From: an uncultured bacterium
GTDB lineage: Bacteria; Verrucomicrobiota; Verrucomicrobiia; Limisphaerales; UBA8199
Assembly: GCA_963749495.1 (NCBI GenBank)
Contig: CAVVMW010000029.1
Coordinates: 32,001 to 96,000 of the forward strand
Length of the DNA: 64,000 nt
Reading direction: 5' to 3'
Made by a program: the position numbers and the translations under genes. The stretch's first letter is position 1. Each line of letters begins with the position of its first letter. Of the stretch, positions 42,401 to 53,685 are shown piece after piece. The notes beneath the pieces are model-generated. The model ran no database searches. It was not told the DNA's origin and worked only from the letters and a program-made list of their open reading frames with translations.

Positions 42401-43988
42401 TCACAGTGTAACCGTTGGAGTCGAGATCGCGGCGCTGCTCGAGGCCGCTCCCGTCGGCAGTGATTCTCTTGGGCGCGAACGCCAAACGCAGCAGGGTGAC
42501 TGTTCCCGCGGGCGCGCCGAACGTCGAGTATTCGATCCGGCCATTCCCGTAGCGGATCGAGTTGACCACCGCGCTGCAGCGCACGAGGTGGTTCTCGCGA
42601 TTGGCGCCGAGTTCCTCCGGCAACCAGCCAATCGCCGCCAGCACAAACCGCAGGGGCATCGGATGCGCGATATTGAACCAGTCTCCATTGACAATAACGC
42701 CCCCGTCGAGGTTGTCCTCGGTGACGCCGGTTTCGTGCGCGTCGTAGGTTTGGAGGACCATTTGGCGGCAGGCCAGCTCCCGCATCCAGGGACTGTCTGC
42801 GGCGACCGCGTATTGAGCGAAGGTGGGGGCGACATCCAGGGGCGCGTACCAAAGCGAACGGCCGCAGCAACTGGAGGATTCCGGGTAGGCCCAGGCGCCA
42901 CTGTAAACGTCCCCGCCCGAGCCGGGACTGGCGCTGGTGCGGTTGAGAAAGAGCGTGAGGATGTTGCGCGCGTCATTCCGCCAGCTCGGAAACTCCGCCG
43001 GGTGATTTAAGAGGTAGGTGACCGCATCGGGTGTGGTGAGGCAGTTCTGGGTGGGGTTCGGCCAGTCCCAGAAATAGCGTCCCCAGGTATCATCGGCCAG
43101 CCATGCGGGGAGGAGTCGATCCCTCAGATATCGGCGGCCCGCGTCTCGCGAAGCCAAAAGGCAACCGTTCCTGCCGGTGTAGCCGAGGCCAATCAACTCG
43201 TCGAGAAATCCGAGAATCAGCGTCACGCCCCCCGTTTGTTTGTTGTCCTTCCACTGCGTCTCTTGGGGATTGGCGTAACGCGGCCAGGGATCGGCATTCG
43301 GGTCCAGGTTGCAGCGCTCGGCAAGGAGATCACCCCAATGTCTGGCCGTTTCAAACCAGCGCGTGTTTCCGGTGAGCTGGTAAGCGCGCAACAGTCCCTG
43401 GCCGGCCGAAGCACAAAGATCCAGTTGAATCATCCCATGCGGATCGGTCTTGAAGAACGCCTTGCCGCGGGTCGGCACACTGACGAAAAAACCGGGCCAC
43501 GGGTGGTCCGCGGGCGTCTGGCAGTGATCCACGATGAACTCGGCCATGTAGGTAAGGTGCGCGATGGCTGCCGCATCGCCGGTGTAGCGATAATACTCCA
43601 CAAATCCATTGAGCACGCTGGTTGCGCGCTGGCTGAGATCTCCGTTTCCCCAATCGCCCGGGTCCCGGGGCGTGATGACACCGTTTGAGGAAATCTGCCA
43701 GAAACCGCTGAAGATGTAGGCGGGATACTCGGCGATGGCGCTGGCGTGTGTGGTCCACGGATACCGCTTCAGCGTCTCCGCGGCGATGCGCACCCGGAAA
43801 TCGCACTGGCCATTCAGCCCGCGATACCACGGCGCGATCACTCCGTGCTGGTCGTGGGCCGCGGCGTGGCCGTAGTACCGCGATTGGACTCCCGACCCGA
43901 AGAGCGGCCCTGCCAGGAAGGTCCACAATGCCAGTGCTCCTGCGGAGCTTGTGACCAGCTTAGGAACAGAGACCAGGGTCTTTTTCAT
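39457..43988 (-). CDS. ~1500-aa secreted multidomain glycosidase-like protein (six-hairpin-like / malectin-like / six-hairpin-like); -1 frameshift at ~39606
   Basis: Signal peptide; DPELY...YHARLKFA...FDIRVNG malectin pattern; YIRDGAY, APTHFGRLSL. Adding one C to GAGCCCCAGG gives EPPGRSPPARIVLHLP to stop 39457. Confidence 0.75.
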
Positions 43989-44017
43989 GCGTTCAAGAGC
44001 GGAGACTGCTCTTGCCG

Positions 44018-44977
44018 CTACGCCTTTCGCGGGTAGCGGAAGATCGCCTCGTCTTGCAATGCCTTTTTCTTGATCGCCTCCACTTCCGAGGCTTCCAGAG
44101 GGGTAATCTTCCCGCCTAGTTCGAGCGCCATGCGAAACAGCTTCTCATCGCCCGGCGGAATGGCCGCCGTGACTGGGTGTGACAGGGTGAAGCGCAGTGC
44201 CAGGAGTGCCTCCTCGGGATGGGAGAGAGGTTCATACCAGCACTTGGGGCTGCTGTGGGTGGCGCGGCAGGCCACGGCCCTTTGGCCATGGCCTTCAAAG
44301 CCAGGATGCCCATGCCCCGCTCCTGTGCCCGGGCGAGCACTCGGGCCGAAGTTGCCCGCGTGCCAGGTCACATAGTTAATCGGGAACAGGATCGTGTCAA
44401 AGGCGAATCCCTCGATCAAGGCCAGCGCGGCCTCGACGGAATGCGCCGAAAAACCCAGAAACCGAATCTTCCCGGCCTGCTTGGCTTCGACAAAGGCCCG
44501 CAGGGCGCCTTCGGGTCCCAGAATGGCCTCGACTTCCTCGCCGGTCGTCACGGCGTGCAGTTGATAGAGGTCCACGTGGTCGGTCCGCAGCCTTTGCAGC
44601 GAGCGGTCCAGTTCGGCGGCGGTTTCGCGTTTGCGCCGCTGCTCGGTCTTGCAGGCCAGAAAGACCTTGTGGCGGAACGGTTGCAGTGCCGGGCCCAGCC
44701 TTTCTTCAGCGTTGCCATAGCTGGGTGCGACGTCGAAATAGTTCACGCCGTGATCAATGGCTTCCTGGACCCGGAGCGATGCCTCCTCCGGCGTGGCGTC
44801 TTTGACTACAATCCCTCCGAAGCCGAGGATGGAGAGCTTCTCACCAGTCTTGCCCAAGGACCGCTTTTCGAGGCCTTGGGGCGGTTGCTCCCGCGCCAGG
44901 GATGCAAGCGTCGCTGGAAACATGTCCAGCAGGGCGGTGGCTGCCGCTCCGGTTTTCACGAATTGTCGTCTGTTCAT
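44018..44977 (-). CDS. Aldo/keto reductase with Tat-like leader; two compensating frameshifts (~44341, ~44263)
   Basis: MNRRQFVK, LGKTGEKLSILGFGG, FDVAPSYG, DLYQLH. Conserved VLARAQERGMGILALKAM lies in an alternative frame between the shifts. Confidence 0.85.
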   Translation of the reverse strand: MNRRQFVKTGAAATALLDMFPATLASLAREQPPQGLEKRSLGKTGEKLSILGFGGIVVKDATPEEASLRVQEAIDHGVNYFDVAPSYGNAEERLGPALQPFRHKVFLACKTEQRRKRETAAELDRSLQRLRTDHVDLYQLHAVTTGEEVEAILGPEGALRAFVEAKQAGKIRFLGFSAHSVEAALALIEGFAFDTILFPINYVTWHAGNFGPSARPGTGAGHGHPGFEGHGQRAVACRATHSSPKCWYEPLSHPEEALLALRFTLSHPVTAAIPPGDEKLFRMALELGGKITPLEASEVEAIKKKALQDEAIFRYPRKA

Positions 44978-45528
44978 AGCGATATCCTTTCGCGAGCCGG
45001 ACGGAATCTGAATCCCGGTCCAATCTCGACAATACTCTACCTGGGCCTTGCAGCGTGGCCAGCCCAAATATCAGTGGCGGCTGGCCCTTCCCTTGGCCGC
45101 GCTGATCGCGAACCGTAACGCCCCTTCGTTAAAGGCCAGCCCATGTTCGGGGTCTCTGGACAAATTGCAGCAGAGATAACAGATGCGTCCGCCGTTGGGC
45201 AGTTCGATTATGGACCCGCTACAGCGCTACAAGGCGCATGGAACCGGTGGATTTTTGAGATAAGACCCGCAACATGACCCGCAACAAGGCCCAACAGCTT
45301 CGGTAAAATGGGGGGATTCTTGCGCGGGCGATATTTGTTTGACACCGTGGAAGTCAATTCCAGCTCGGTAGAACCGAGCGCTTTCCGGAGAGCGGTGTGC
45401 GGGGGGGATTGGGAGAGGGCGCGGGCAGGGGCGAAAGGGAGGAAAAGGAGAATGGGGATGGAGGAGACGGTCTTTTTTGGTGCTGCCTCAGTGAGGGCGC
45501 AGAGCGGAACCGGAAGGGCGCCGCCCAA

Positions 45529-45625
45529 CGCGAAGCGTTTTGGAGTGCGGCAGTCCTCTGCCGCTTTCGCGTTCCCAGAACCAGGGACTGAAAAGCGGCA
45601 GAGGACTGCCGCAGTCCACAACCTT
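45529..45625. repeat. REP/REPIN-like palindromic repeat, copy 1
   Basis: TGGAGTGCGGCAGTCCTCTGCCGCTTT...AAAGCGGCAGAGGACTGCCGCAGTCCA; homologous to 61762-61852. Confidence 0.85.
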
Positions 45626-45785
45626 CGGGCTCGGGTCGGTTCATGGAGAGTGGTCTGCCCGCCGTGTCGCGCCCGCCCTCACTGAGGCCCTACCTTTTTT
45701 GGGCGGTGGAGGAGGGGTGGACAGTATTTGTCCCACCGGGTGTGGCATGGTGAGGGCAAAAAGGCTGATATGAAAGGCGGAGATA

Positions 45786-46255
45786 TGAGGACGGGGTTGG
45801 AGATTGGAGAGCGGGGTGGGGGCGGTGCGGGCAGGCGGGCGGCGATGAGCTTGAGCGCGAGCGCGGAGGAGAACAGCCCGAGCGGGGCGCTGTTGATGGA
45901 CATATTCGTTGTGTTCATCCTTTTGAAGGTGGAGCGGCTGTTCAGCCGGACCCTGGCGGCGGGGTTGCACGAGTTTCGGGACCGGCCATGGTCGGAGGGC
46001 CTGAGCGGGAAGGGATACACGGAGCTATGGCTGGCGGAGCAGTTGCAACCGTACGGAATACGGCCTGCAACGATTCGGATAGGGGAGGAGGTGGGCCGGG
46101 GGTACTTGAAGGAGGATTTCGGTGAGGTGTTTCTGCGCTATATCCCGGCGTCGGAGGTGGAGGCGCTGAGGCAGAAGGGCAAAAGGACAGTGGAGGATTC
46201 AAAGCGCGAAGCGGGGAGCACTAAGGCCGAGGCGGGAGGGTGCGGGACAAAATAG
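45786..46255 (+). pseudogene. DUF3631-like C-terminal fragment (integrative element/primase-associated)
   Basis: LLMDIFVVF...RLFSRTL...DRPWSE...WLAEQLQPYGIRPATIRIG...RGYLKEDF...RY; N-terminal domain absent. Confidence 0.65.
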
Positions 46256-46275
46256 TAACCATTAGACCTGTTCAT

Positions 46276-46410
46276 TTCCGCGTATTCCGCGTATTCCGCG
46301 GTTCATTCTTCTTCGGAGCTTCGCCAGCCTCGCCAGCCATGGAAACCAATCTCATTTACGAGGCAGAATCCTGAGCGCAACCGCGGAATGCTTAGCGGAA
46401 TACGCGGAAG
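46276..46410. repeat. Pair of (CGCGGAATA)n repeats in opposite orientation flanking an 11-codon GxxExxY-like stub
   Basis: TTCCGCGTATTCCGCGTATTCCGCGGTT, then METNLIYEAES* (46339-46374), then AACCGCGGAATGCTTAGCGGAATACGCGGAA. Confidence 0.7.
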
Positions 46411-46461
46411 TGAGAATTCAAAACTGGACCAAACAACGGTGCCTGTGAATAATGCGTGCCC

Positions 46462-46898
46462 ATGAAAACGCCCACAGTTGTCTCTGTGCTGGCTCGGGCG
46501 TCGAGGCCTGGGGTTGTGCTGTTCATCTGCATCAGCGTCGGCGTGCTGCCCGCCTCAATCCAGGCTGCGGAAACATGGACCGATGTCTCCAGCCCATTGC
46601 TGGCGCGCTTGACCAACAGTGGGGCGGCGCTGGCCTGGCCCGGGGGTTGTTCGGGAGTCGTGGTGAACCGGCTCACCGGCGAGGTGACCATCAAAGTCGT
46701 CGGCTGCGGTCTTTGGCGCAGCCGGGACAAAGCCAAGAACTGGCAGCGGATCGATGATGACTGCGTTTCGGGGAGAGACGAGACAGGCTGGGCCACCAGC
46801 CTGGATCAGGACACGCCCACACGAATGGCCAGCTTTTCCCTGGATGGTTCAGCGGGCTGGACGACCGACGGGCGAACCTGGAGGCGTTTTGCCAGTTC
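46462..46898 (+). pseudogene. N-terminal part of BNR/Asp-box beta-propeller protein
   Basis: Signal peptide; LWRSRDKAKNW and WTTDGRTW Asp-boxes; similarity ends at ~46898. Confidence 0.65.
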
Positions 46899-46957
46899 AA
46901 TGAAAAACAAAATCACCAATTCCATCAGAGCCGTTTATCCTGGCCTTTACCTGGTGT

Positions 46958-47764
46958 CTAATGCCAGGTTTCAGGATGGGGTTGGTGGTCGTTGTTCCAG
47001 CGCAGGCGGGCAGAGGTGGTGGCCTTCATCCAATTGGTCTGTTTGCCGAATTCGACATGAGCGTCGCAGAATACCACGTTGCCTCCGCCGTTATGGCGGT
47101 TGGAGATGTAATCGTCCTGCTCGTCCAGTCCGCCGAGGATATCCCCGTCCTGTTGATTCATCCTGGTGCCAACGTTTTGTTGAGCCAGTTCCGGGTAGTC
47201 GCCAATGCCGATCATATCCGCAGGCGCCAGCACACGGTTCTCAGGGAGCGCAATTAAGGCGCCCATACTGCCGCTCCCTTCGCTGCCCCCGAGCCCCAGC
47301 GCCAGCGAACCGGTGTCGTTTTGATACCTTCCGGTGCCCAGGGCATTATAGCCGTAACTGGGGTTGAAGGTGAGCAGATTGGTCCAAGAGGCGGATGACT
47401 TTCGCGCGCGGCAAAGGAAGACGTTCGGGTTGCCACCAGCCATCGGCACAAGGAGAGCATCCCAATTGGTGGAAGCACCTCCCGGCGCGAACGACATGCC
47501 CTCGCGCCAAACAGGGAATTTCTTGAAGTCCCCCAGGTAAATGCCCACAGCCAATCCGATTTGGTGCAGGTTGCTCCGGCAGGCGATGGATATAGCGCCG
47601 GCCTTGGAGCGAGAGAGCGCCGGCAAGAGCATCGCCGCCAGAATGGCGATGACTGCAATCACCACGAGCAATTCGATCAGTGTAAAGGCAACACCCTCGG
47701 CGCGCCTCTTGTTTCTGCGGAGGAAGTCCTGGGGGAACGTGCCTCGGTGACAAAGAGGTTTCAT
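46958..47764 (-). CDS. Prepilin-type N-terminal cleavage/methylation protein with H-X9-DG-type motif
   Basis: [50 protein letters not shown]. Confidence 0.92.
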   Translation of the reverse strand: MKPLCHRGTFPQDFLRRNKRRAEGVAFTLIELLVVIAVIAILAAMLLPALSRSKAGAISIACRSNLHQIGLAVGIYLGDFKKFPVWREGMSFAPGGASTNWDALLVPMAGGNPNVFLCRARKSSASWTNLLTFNPSYGYNALGTGRYQNDTGSLALGLGGSEGSGSMGALIALPENRVLAPADMIGIGDYPELAQQNVGTRMNQQDGDILGGLDEQDDYISNRHNGGGNVVFCDAHVEFGKQTNWMKATTSARLRWNNDHQPHPETWH

Positions 47765-47910
47765 CGCCTCAAACGTTACCACAGGAGTCAATGAATGAGA
47801 AGCGGCGTTTTGACGGTCAGCCTTGCGGAACACCTGATCAAGCCGGCCTCGGGAGGACTCAACCGCCAGGGACAGGAGATCCTACAAGCTCCGAAACATC
47901 AACCAGAGCC

Positions 47911-48280
47911 AGGGTCAAACCATAGCATGGGGCGGTTTTCATGTTGACGGAGCGGTTGGAGGCGCTGTAACCAAGGCCAATGCCGCGCAAGCTACGTGTC
48001 GAATATCCAGGGACCATGTATCAGGTGATGAGCCCGGGGCTCGGCGGGAGGACATCTTCCTGGATGACGTGGACCGGCAGGACTTCATCAAGACGGTTGC
48101 CGAGGCTTGCCAGGAGACCGGATGGCACGTGCATGCGGTTGCCGCTCGCAAGCACCTGGGCGCGTCGAACAGCGCCAACGCCCGGCTGCACACGTGGTTG
48201 GGGCAGGCCCCGCACCCCGACGCGAACCAAGGTCACCTCCAAATATGAAGAAAAACGAACCAAGCTATGGTTTGACGCCT
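47911..48280 (+). mobile_element. Internally deleted RAYT-like (Y1/HUH) transposase element with inverted ends
   Basis: MPRKLRVEYPG..Y.VMS, REDIFLDDVDRQDFIKTVAEACQETGWHVHA, joined to HLGASNSANARLH. Ends GTCAAACCATAGC (47914-47926) and GCTATGGTTTGAC (48264-48276). Confidence 0.8.
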
Positions 48281-48359
48281 ATGACGAGAATAAGCTGGGA
48301 GATCCGGTCGCTTTGTTTTCCAAGCGGGCTGGTCGTCTCCCAGCAGGGCGTTCAAGCGG

Positions 48360-51157
48360 TCACCTGCCGCGAGCGGGAGAGAACTGAGCGGTGACGGTGG
48401 TAGTCCCGCCGTCGTCGCCAACCCGCAGGCCGACGGCAACCGGGTTTACGGTGCCGGTGAGATCGGCGCCGGTTCCTGCCGCTAAAAATTGGAAATTAGG
48501 TCCTCGGAGAGGCCAGATTGCCACCCCCAAATCCACGCCTTGGATCACGCCAAAGAAGTAAAACAGGCCTTGAAATTCTTTGAAGGAGCCGGCGGGGATC
48601 GTCGTATTGAAGGTCCCGACCTGCAAACGGACGTCCTCGGTGAGGGGAGCAATCCCGTCGCTCCCGGCGCCCAGCCTGAACGCGCCGTCGATGGCGAACT
48701 CGCCCTTCTTGGAGTTGGCCGGCTCCTTGATTGCGGCGTGGGCTGAGAAGGCAGCGAAGGGCACGACGGGGGGCGGCACGACCAAAATGGCGGCCTGGAT
48801 GCTCGGCGCCGGGTTGTAATAGTCGTTGCCCGCCTGCGAGGCCGTAACGAGCACCGTGCCGACTCCCGTGAAGGTGAGGACGTTCCCGTTCAGGGTTGCC
48901 GGGCCCGAGACCAGGGCGAAGCTCACGGGCAGGCCGGAGGAAGCGGCGGCGCTGAGGGCGAGCTGGCTGCCAACGGTTTGGGAGGCCGGCGGCGTGAACG
49001 TAATCGTCTGGTCCTGCTTCGTGGTGGCCGCCGCGATGATGGTCCCGGTCAGAGCGGCAATCGTAGGCTGGCTGAGCCCATTGAACACAACCGTAAACGT
49101 CCAACCCCCCGAGACCCACACCCGGTGCGGTGCGCTTAACAGCACACCGTTCGACCACCTGCGGCCAGTACCCATGAGCCGGATCATTCGGATCATAATA
49201 CAGCAATTGTGGTAGTCCTAAGTGGCCGGGGTCGGGACTGAAAAACGTGGCCACCAAGGTGGCGTTGTTGACGTTGTTGACCCCTCCTCCCGTGACCTGT
49301 AGATCGGTGTAGGTGCTCCCTGCCGCGAAGGCCGTGCCAGGGACTGGGCTCCCGGTGTAGGCAGCGGCCGAGACCACTACGGGCTGCTGACTGCTGCCCG
49401 CGGGGTTGCTAAGCGTTGCGGTAACCGCCGGGGGCTGCCCCGCGCTCGGTGACGAAGTGACGGTCACCGTTTCCCCGGCCCCCGCGACTTGGCTCTGCGC
49501 GGAACCGCTCTGCACCAAGGGGACGTACACCACCAGGGGCGCTTGGGCGGACATCCTATCGTTAGGGTTGCTCACGGAGACAAGGGCAACACCAATGTTC
49601 TGACCCGGCCGCAGCACAAGGGCGCCGGCGGGAATCGTGACTTGAAGCTGGTTCGGGTTATCGAACAATGTGGTGGCAGGCTGGTGATTGCCGTTGTCAA
49701 CGGGATCGCCACTGATGGTTACCGTAGCAGGATTGGCAAAGCCGTAGCCATGGACGAGGAGCGTGAAGCCTGCGTTGGCGATGTTCGTGATCACGGAGGA
49801 GGGGTCCAGACTCCCGACAACCGGTACCAGGCTGGCAAACCAGGCCCCAGCGCCGTTGGGGCCGGTTCCATTGCCAACCATCCGTTGGCCGTCCGGGGAC
49901 ACGCCCACTGCGCTGGAGAGGGCCCAGCCGCTTAGGCCCGGTATTAGAGGGTCCAGGATGTTATGAACCGTTTGCATCCCGTCCGCGGCCGTCCAGCAAA
50001 ATGCCTGCGGCTGCCCGCCGGCGTCGCCTGCGGTGCCAACGACCACGGAACCGTCGGCGGAGACGGATAGGGCTTCGCTAAAAGAGTTGACTGAGAGTGT
50101 TCCCAAATCTACCATTAGGTCGCTGGTGGACCATCGAAACGCATTCGGAATCCAGCCCGAGCCTGGGGGCGCAAGTGGGAACGCAAAGCCGACCGCGACG
50201 GACCCATCCGCGGATATGGCCGTAAGGCTGTTCGTAAAGCGCAGTGTGCCCCCCAGATCTCCCAGCTCTTGGGGCGTGCTGTCGCTGGCGGGCGTCCATC
50301 GTAACCACTCATTCGCGGTTCCGGTTCCGTTAAGCCTAAGGCCAATCCCGAACACGACCGAGCCGTTGGCGGAGACCGCCACGGCGTCGCTGAAAGTATT
50401 GGGTGGCCCCGTGGGCGCCCCCAAATCCTGCGGCGCAAAGAGCGGCGCCGTCCATCGCAGGGCGTGGCCATTCCCGCTGCTAGGGACATCGCCGTAGCCA
50501 ACGATGACTGAGCCGTTGGCGGACACTGCGTTAGCTTGGCTATGGCTCTGCAGGACCCCCAGATCCTGCGGCGCGTAGCCCCCGTCCGCCGTCCATTGCA
50601 GGGCGTGGAGATTCCCGCTGCTATCAACAACGCCGTCGCCAACGATGACCGAACCGTCGGCGGAGACGGCCTGGGGAGAGCTGAAAGCGCTGGCTCCCTG
50701 GGGCGGCTCAAGCAACTGCGCCGCCCAGCGGCCGCCGGAGGTCCACACCACCGCTTGCTGCCAGGCGAACGCTAACTCGATACCTACGACCACCAGACCG
50801 TCGGCGGAAACCGCCTTGGCGTAAGTGGAATCCCCCGTGAATGCCGGCGGCAGATCCGTCAGGGAATTGTCGCTCGCCGACCACCGGAAGGCGTGGTGGG
50901 TGACGCCGTTCTGACTCCACCAGGGTGCCAACCACAACCGAGTCGTCGCTGGACGCTGCCACCGCGGTTGCCTGCTGGCCGACAGATCCTATCCAGGTGA
51001 GACACTGCGCGCCCGCGTTCGAGACCATGGCCAGGATTACGAGGGGGGCAATCGCTCCCAAGACCGCCCGAACACTGGCTGCGAAATACAAGGCCAGCGC
51101 GCTGGCCAACATTGCGGGCTTGAATTTCACAGTCATCTTCTCTCTATGGTTTTGCAT
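48360..51157 (-). CDS. Secreted HAF-repeat extracellular protein with Ig-like C-terminal domains; +1 frameshifts at ~50924 and ~49155
   Basis: Repeated AVSADGSVIVG...HAFRW...DLG units; C-terminal QTITF...SSGLPVSF...VTASQAGN. Confidence 0.8.
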
Positions 51158-51865
51158 TTTGCTGTTCCTTTCGTTTTTGGCGGCTGGCGCCCAGGTTTGT
51201 GCTTGCTATTCGTTCGTTTGGCATTTCTTGCCAAGTGGTAGCACAGGAAAATTGGGGAAACGTTACAGGCCTTTTGGTTTGTTGCTGTTTTTTGCTTCGC
51301 GGCGTTTTCAGCGGCTCGGAAGCGTCCTTTTGCTCGCCGAGGCAACCCGCGCCAGCCACGTTTCCAGTCCACCGGCCGCAATAAGTAAAGGAGCAAAAAC
51401 TGAAGAAGGTGACACCCCAAGGGGCTGGATTTGTCGTCACCCTCAATATCGGGTGGTGCCTTTGGCATGGAGCCTGAAGGCCGTATCGCCGAAGCCAGGC
51501 ATGCGAGATGAAGGAGGCCGCATTGGGTGGGTAGGAAACGAGGTCGAAAAGAACGCCAGCCGTCCGGAACCAGATGCGGCTCATCCCTCCTCCGGGTGAT
51601 TTCGGAAATCCCATCACCCAACTCGGCCGACCCATAAATGGCCGTGTCATGCCACCGTGATTCCCAGGTTCTCTGCACGCGGGTCGTTGGCTGAAACAGG
51701 CGTGAATCAGCGGCTCGTGGAGGCAGTTGTGCTTAGTTCATCACATCGCCTGAAAGTTGTCCAGCCTGAAAAGCACTTTGTTTGTATCCTCTTCTCAGGC
51801 AATTAGTTGCGACGAAGATTTTGCCCCCGAGTTCTATGGAAACAAAAGTCCGTTGGATCGGTGCG

Positions 51866-53650
51866 TCAGGCGGCTTTCTGAAATAGGCGGCAGATGGCCT
51901 CGGGGAAGGCGGGGAGTGCGATCAGTTGCCGGATTTGCGGAGGTACTTTCTCCAAGGAGCCTTGAACCGCCCGCAGTTCTTCGCGAACGGTTTGAGCGTC
52001 GATCTGGGCAAAGCGTTCTTCGAGGGTAGCCTGGCCGTTGAGCAGGATTTTGAGGTAGCCAGGATTTTCCAGATTTCGGACCAATGGGGTGTCGGCGATC
52101 ATGCTTTGGAGCAAGCGGCTGATCGAGTTGTGCCCGCTTCTGCGGCGAGCTCCTCGCCGAAAATCGCGGAAGAACCGCTCCATAAGGTTGTTGGTGCGCT
52201 GGGGTTGGAGGCGCCGTGTTCCGCTGGGGGTCCTCACCGTGATCGGATCGGCAAAGAGCTTGTCTTTATACTTGTCGATCTGCCCGATGAGGGCCTGCCA
52301 GTGGGGGGTGGAAGGGTAATCGGCACGGGAGGTAATCTCCTGGTGGAAGTGCTCGACCGCCTTTTCAATCGGGCCCATAGCCATCGGGCGGCTGCCAGAG
52401 TTGAGACCAGCGGCTCCGCCGGCTTCGGCAATACGCATCGCGCTACGCAGTCGGTCGAACACCGCGATCTTGAGGTCGATGGCGGTGAGCATTCTTTGCA
52501 GGCCCTCATCGGCGTAGATTCCTTTGAGTTCACAGGACAGCTTGAATAGCGGTTTGTTGTCCGCCCATTGGCCGCGGAGGTGAACGTCCTTGATTTGTTC
52601 CAAGCCCTGCCCCAGAGCCCGCAGGCGCTTGGCAAACTGCACGTGAGGCCGATCAAAGGGGAACCCGTAGCCCTGGCCGTCGGTTTTACCCTCCAGTGCC
52701 CACTGGATCAGAGCGTAGGCACAGAGCAGCGGAAAGACCTCCAGCTTCTCGCTCGGCAGACAGTGGCCCTGCACATCCTGACAGAAGCTCTCGACCAAGC
52801 CGGGCTGCTCATCGATGGCAGCTTTGAACCGGCGAGCGTAATAGAGCAGCTTTTCGGTCAGGCCATGCTTGCGCAGGCGCTGCCGGATAGCGTCATAGTC
52901 GGCCTCCAGGAGATCCTTGCCGGCATCGCGCAGAAAATGAAAATGACAGACAAAGTCCGGCACGCCGGGAAACACCCTCTGGACTGCCGCCAGGATGCCG
53001 TGGCCCATGTCATGGACGGCCGCCACCGGCACCCCAAAGCGGCGCTTGATCTCCTGCAGGAACGGGACAATCTGCTCGGTCTTTTCCGAGGGCACCTTCA
53101 CATTGCCCAGCACGATTTCCGAGAGCGAATCCAGGCTGCTCATCAACATCGGCCCGCCCCCTTCACCGGTGCCATCCAGATGGAGAATGTAACCGCCTTG
53201 GGCGCGCATGGCTTGCTTGAGGGGTGGCGCCGACTGCCGGTGCGCCAGGGCGAGGTAAACGACGAACTTTCTTCCCAGATAGCCGACTTCACTGGGACTG
53301 AGCCGAACCTGGTGCGCTTGCAATTCCTCGATGATTTGCTCGGCCCGGCGCTGGTGCAAGAAAAGCGCCTGGCCGACGAAGACCAGCACATCGTACCCAA
53401 AGGTGCAGCCCGAGGGCACCAGTTGACTGAGAGACTCGGCGCCATAGAGGGTGTCGTTGGGGCAGTGCTCGCAGTGCAGGAGGGTTTCGTGCGCGCTAAA
53501 GCAGCCCAGCGGCAGGGTCTGAACCCTTCGGCGCTGGGTTTTGTAAACCTGGAGCGGCGCCCGACAGTCGGGGCAATCGGTTTGGGCGGGCCGAAAGGGC
53601 ACGGTAGGCCGTTGCGCGAACAGACAGGCCGGGGAACTCTCTCTCGCCAA
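51866..53650 (-). CDS. DDE transposase with N-terminal zinc finger
   Basis: CPDC...CEHC; LHLDGT, VHDMG, CHFHFLRD, RTNNLMERFFR. Confidence 0.88.
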   Translation of the reverse strand: MARESSPACLFAQRPTVPFRPAQTDCPDCRAPLQVYKTQRRRVQTLPLGCFSAHETLLHCEHCPNDTLYGAESLSQLVPSGCTFGYDVLVFVGQALFLHQRRAEQIIEELQAHQVRLSPSEVGYLGRKFVVYLALAHRQSAPPLKQAMRAQGGYILHLDGTGEGGGPMLMSSLDSLSEIVLGNVKVPSEKTEQIVPFLQEIKRRFGVPVAAVHDMGHGILAAVQRVFPGVPDFVCHFHFLRDAGKDLLEADYDAIRQRLRKHGLTEKLLYYARRFKAAIDEQPGLVESFCQDVQGHCLPSEKLEVFPLLCAYALIQWALEGKTDGQGYGFPFDRPHVQFAKRLRALGQGLEQIKDVHLRGQWADNKPLFKLSCELKGIYADEGLQRMLTAIDLKIAVFDRLRSAMRIAEAGGAAGLNSGSRPMAMGPIEKAVEHFHQEITSRADYPSTPHWQALIGQIDKYKDKLFADPITVRTPSGTRRLQPQRTNNLMERFFRDFRRGARRRSGHNSISRLLQSMIADTPLVRNLENPGYLKILLNGQATLEERFAQIDAQTVREELRAVQGSLEKVPPQIRQLIALPAFPEAICRLFQKAA

Positions 53651-53685
53651 CTTCTCCTGGTAACTCCGGAAGGTGGCCAGCGTAT

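Noticed and set aside
46456..47367. 303-aa ORF as a complete gene
   Set aside because: The C-terminal half is read-through antisense to the prepilin-type gene.
49950..50950. Repeated DNA in the HAF gene as DGR template/variable repeats
   Set aside because: Ordinary protein repeats; no adenine-specific pattern noticed and no reverse transcriptase in the window.
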